Part shown: in pieces, positions 61,927 through 64,000 of the stretch
Layout: each line of letters starts with the position of its first letter
Position numbering within the stretch: position 1 is the first letter of the stretch
Origin: Mobula birostris
Lineage: Eukaryota
Assembly: GCF_030028105.1 (NCBI RefSeq)
Contig: NC_092377.1
Location: 145,306,104-145,370,103, forward strand
DNA: 64,000 nt
Direction: 5' to 3'
Made by a program: the position numbers and the translations under genes
The notes under the pieces: generated by a model
The model's database searches: none
Seen by the model: only the letters and a program-made list of their open reading frames with translations
What the model was told of the DNA's origin: nothing

Positions 61927-64000
61927 CAGGGGTGTCAAACTACCGATTCACGGGCCGCATCCGGGTCCAAATCGGCCCGCGGGAGATTTGGGGAAAGTTA
62001 AAGTATATTCACGACCATTTATAATGTATCTGTAGGGCAGCCGCTCTCTCTCCCTCGCCGCGCTCTCTCTCACCACTGACTGTGCAACCTGCTGCGCCGG
62101 CAGCTTGTTGTGTGTACAGTGCTGAAAAACAATAGGCGGCAGTTAACCAACCGCTGTGCATAAGCACCTACCACCCTGCACTGAAGACCACGAGGGCCTC
62201 ACTTACGTCGTCAGACACAATATAAACACACAGAGTACTCAGGTAAGTAACACCTGTCGCAAGGCTGAAACTGTTTGTTGCTGTGGTTGAAACTGCTTTC
62301 CTGTAAAAGAAAAGTTGGCATCGAAGGTCGGATATTCAACGATAATTGGAAAAATCGTTTTTTTTTTCTCTTTCTGTGAAGTCACCGGCAAACTTGTGTG
62401 TCTGATATGCTCGCAACATGTGGCTGTGGCAAAAGAGTACAATATCAAACGACACCATGAGACGTCACACGGTGAAAAATATGCCAAGGACGCAGGACGA
62501 CTCAAAGCAAAATGTAAACGAGCTTGAAGCAGCTCTGAAAAACAAACAGCACTCAGTGTTCACCAAAAGTCGAGAGACTTATGATGGAGCTGCCAAGGCC
62601 AACTGTATTATTGCCAACAAAATAGCTGCTGCGTCGAAGCCATACTCAGAGAGGGAATATTCAAAGCATACATGCTGACGGCGGCTGAGCTGGTTTGCCC
62701 TGAGAAGAGACAGGCTTTTGGTAATATCAGCTTGTCAAGAAATACTGTGGCAGAGAGAATCAGGGACGTTGCAGGAGAGTTGAACAGTCAACTAAAAGAC
62801 AAAGTGAAGTATTTTGTTGCCTTCTCTAGTGCAATTGATGAGAGCACCGACGTGACCGGTGTAGCTCAATTAAGAATATTTATCGTGGTGTTGAAATATC
62901 TTTGACCGTCACCGAGGTGGATGTGGTGATGGTGCTCATGACAAACACCAGAACGGTGAACGAATTTTCTCCACCCTCGTCGAGGCCTTGGACAAATTGG
63001 GGGCGGGAGTGGGGGTGTCAGCGTGGCAACAGATGGTGCGCCGTCTATGGTCGGCAAAAAGGCAGGTGTTGTTGCGAAACTCAGAGAGAAAGTTCAAATA
63101 GAGAATCCAGAGCAGGAAGTCAGGAATTTTCATTGTAGTATACACCAAGGAGTCGTTATGTAGCAAGAGCCTGAAAATGGACAATGTCATGGATTTATTA
63201 ATCAAAACGGTTAATATTATTAGAGCCAAGGGACTCAATCTTCGGCAATTTTGCACTCTTTTGTGCGAAAGTAATACTGGACACGGCCTACCCTACCACA
63301 CTGAAGTCTGCCGGTTGAGCAGAGGGGTTGTGCTGAAACGTCTGTGTTTTTTTTTTTCAATTTCGTGCAGAAATTGGACTACTCATGAACGAGAAAGGGA
63401 AGCCAGTGGCAGAGGTGGATGGCCCCGACTGTCTTCATGATCTTGCATTTTTGCTGGATATAACAGAGCACTTAATTGTGCTTAATGTTAACATGGAAGG
63501 CAATGACATACTTGTGACGGAATACTACGGCAGCATTCGTGCCTTTCCTATTAAATTAGGCCTGTGGGAGATGCAACTATCCCGGAGCAAGCCAGCTCAT
63601 TCCCCTCTTTGCAGTCTGTACGTGTCGCTCATGGGAATAATGACAAATTGGACAGGTACAAGGACAAAGTATCACGGCTGAAAAGTGAGTTTCAGAATCG
63701 TTTCCAAGTCTTCACTCAGATCGAGAAGAAATTCTCACTATTTTGCTCGCCGTTTGCCATGAATGCAGCATCAGATGTGCCGGACGAGCTCCAAATGGAA
63801 CTAATTGAAATTCAGTGTAACTCGGTTTTAAAATATAAATTTGAGACTGTGGGTCTGAAATCATTCTATCAATACTGGTGACAGATGTACACCAAGATGA
63901 CACAATTTGCCTCAAAGATCCTTTGCATGTTCGGGACAACATATCTCTGTGAGCAAGCTTTCTCCAAAATGAAAATTAGCAAATCCAAACTGCACTCGAA
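61927..64000 (+). mobile_element. hAT DNA transposon, Buster/Charlie (GTF2IRD2/SPIN-like) transposase, frameshifted; runs off the window
   Basis: TIR CAGGGGTGTCAAACT; BED finger CLIC...RHH..H; AIDESTD, TDGAPSM, HCSIHQE, YHTEV, FGTTYLCEQAFS; preceding 8 bp AGGTAGAT. Confidence 0.93.

Overview
Eukaryotic, transposon-dense vertebrate DNA; the repeat families (CR1 with GDSL-esterase ORF1, HE1-like SINEs, Neptune-type Penelope elements) point to a cartilaginous fish, probably a ray (inference). The only host coding sequence I can support is the 5' part of a group-B SRCR scavenger-receptor gene (CD163/DMBT1/WC1-like) on the minus strand: a 33-nt linker exon (14927-14895) and two 312-nt phase 1-1 SRCR exons (14064-13753, 4677-4366). 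The gene presumably continues left of the window and its leader exon is unresolved. The rest is nested mobile DNA: a Gmr1-type gypsy with integrase upstream of RT, many CR1 and Rex1 LINE pieces, a deleted chromovirus, a Neptune-type Penelope element and a Buster-type hAT transposon. Three features are invisible in the ORF track. (1) At least four recognisable copies of a minimal hammerhead ribozyme motif in a Penelope terminal repeat, two of them stand-alone ~110-130 nt insertions with target duplications. (2) A ~9 kb head-to-tail stack of decayed R4/Dong-like retrotransposons separated by TAA-type microsatellites. (3) Four solo-LTR-like elements with shared ends but different internal minisatellites. 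No prokaryotic system and no CRISPR array. TE boundaries are approximate unless a TSD or splice site is quoted.
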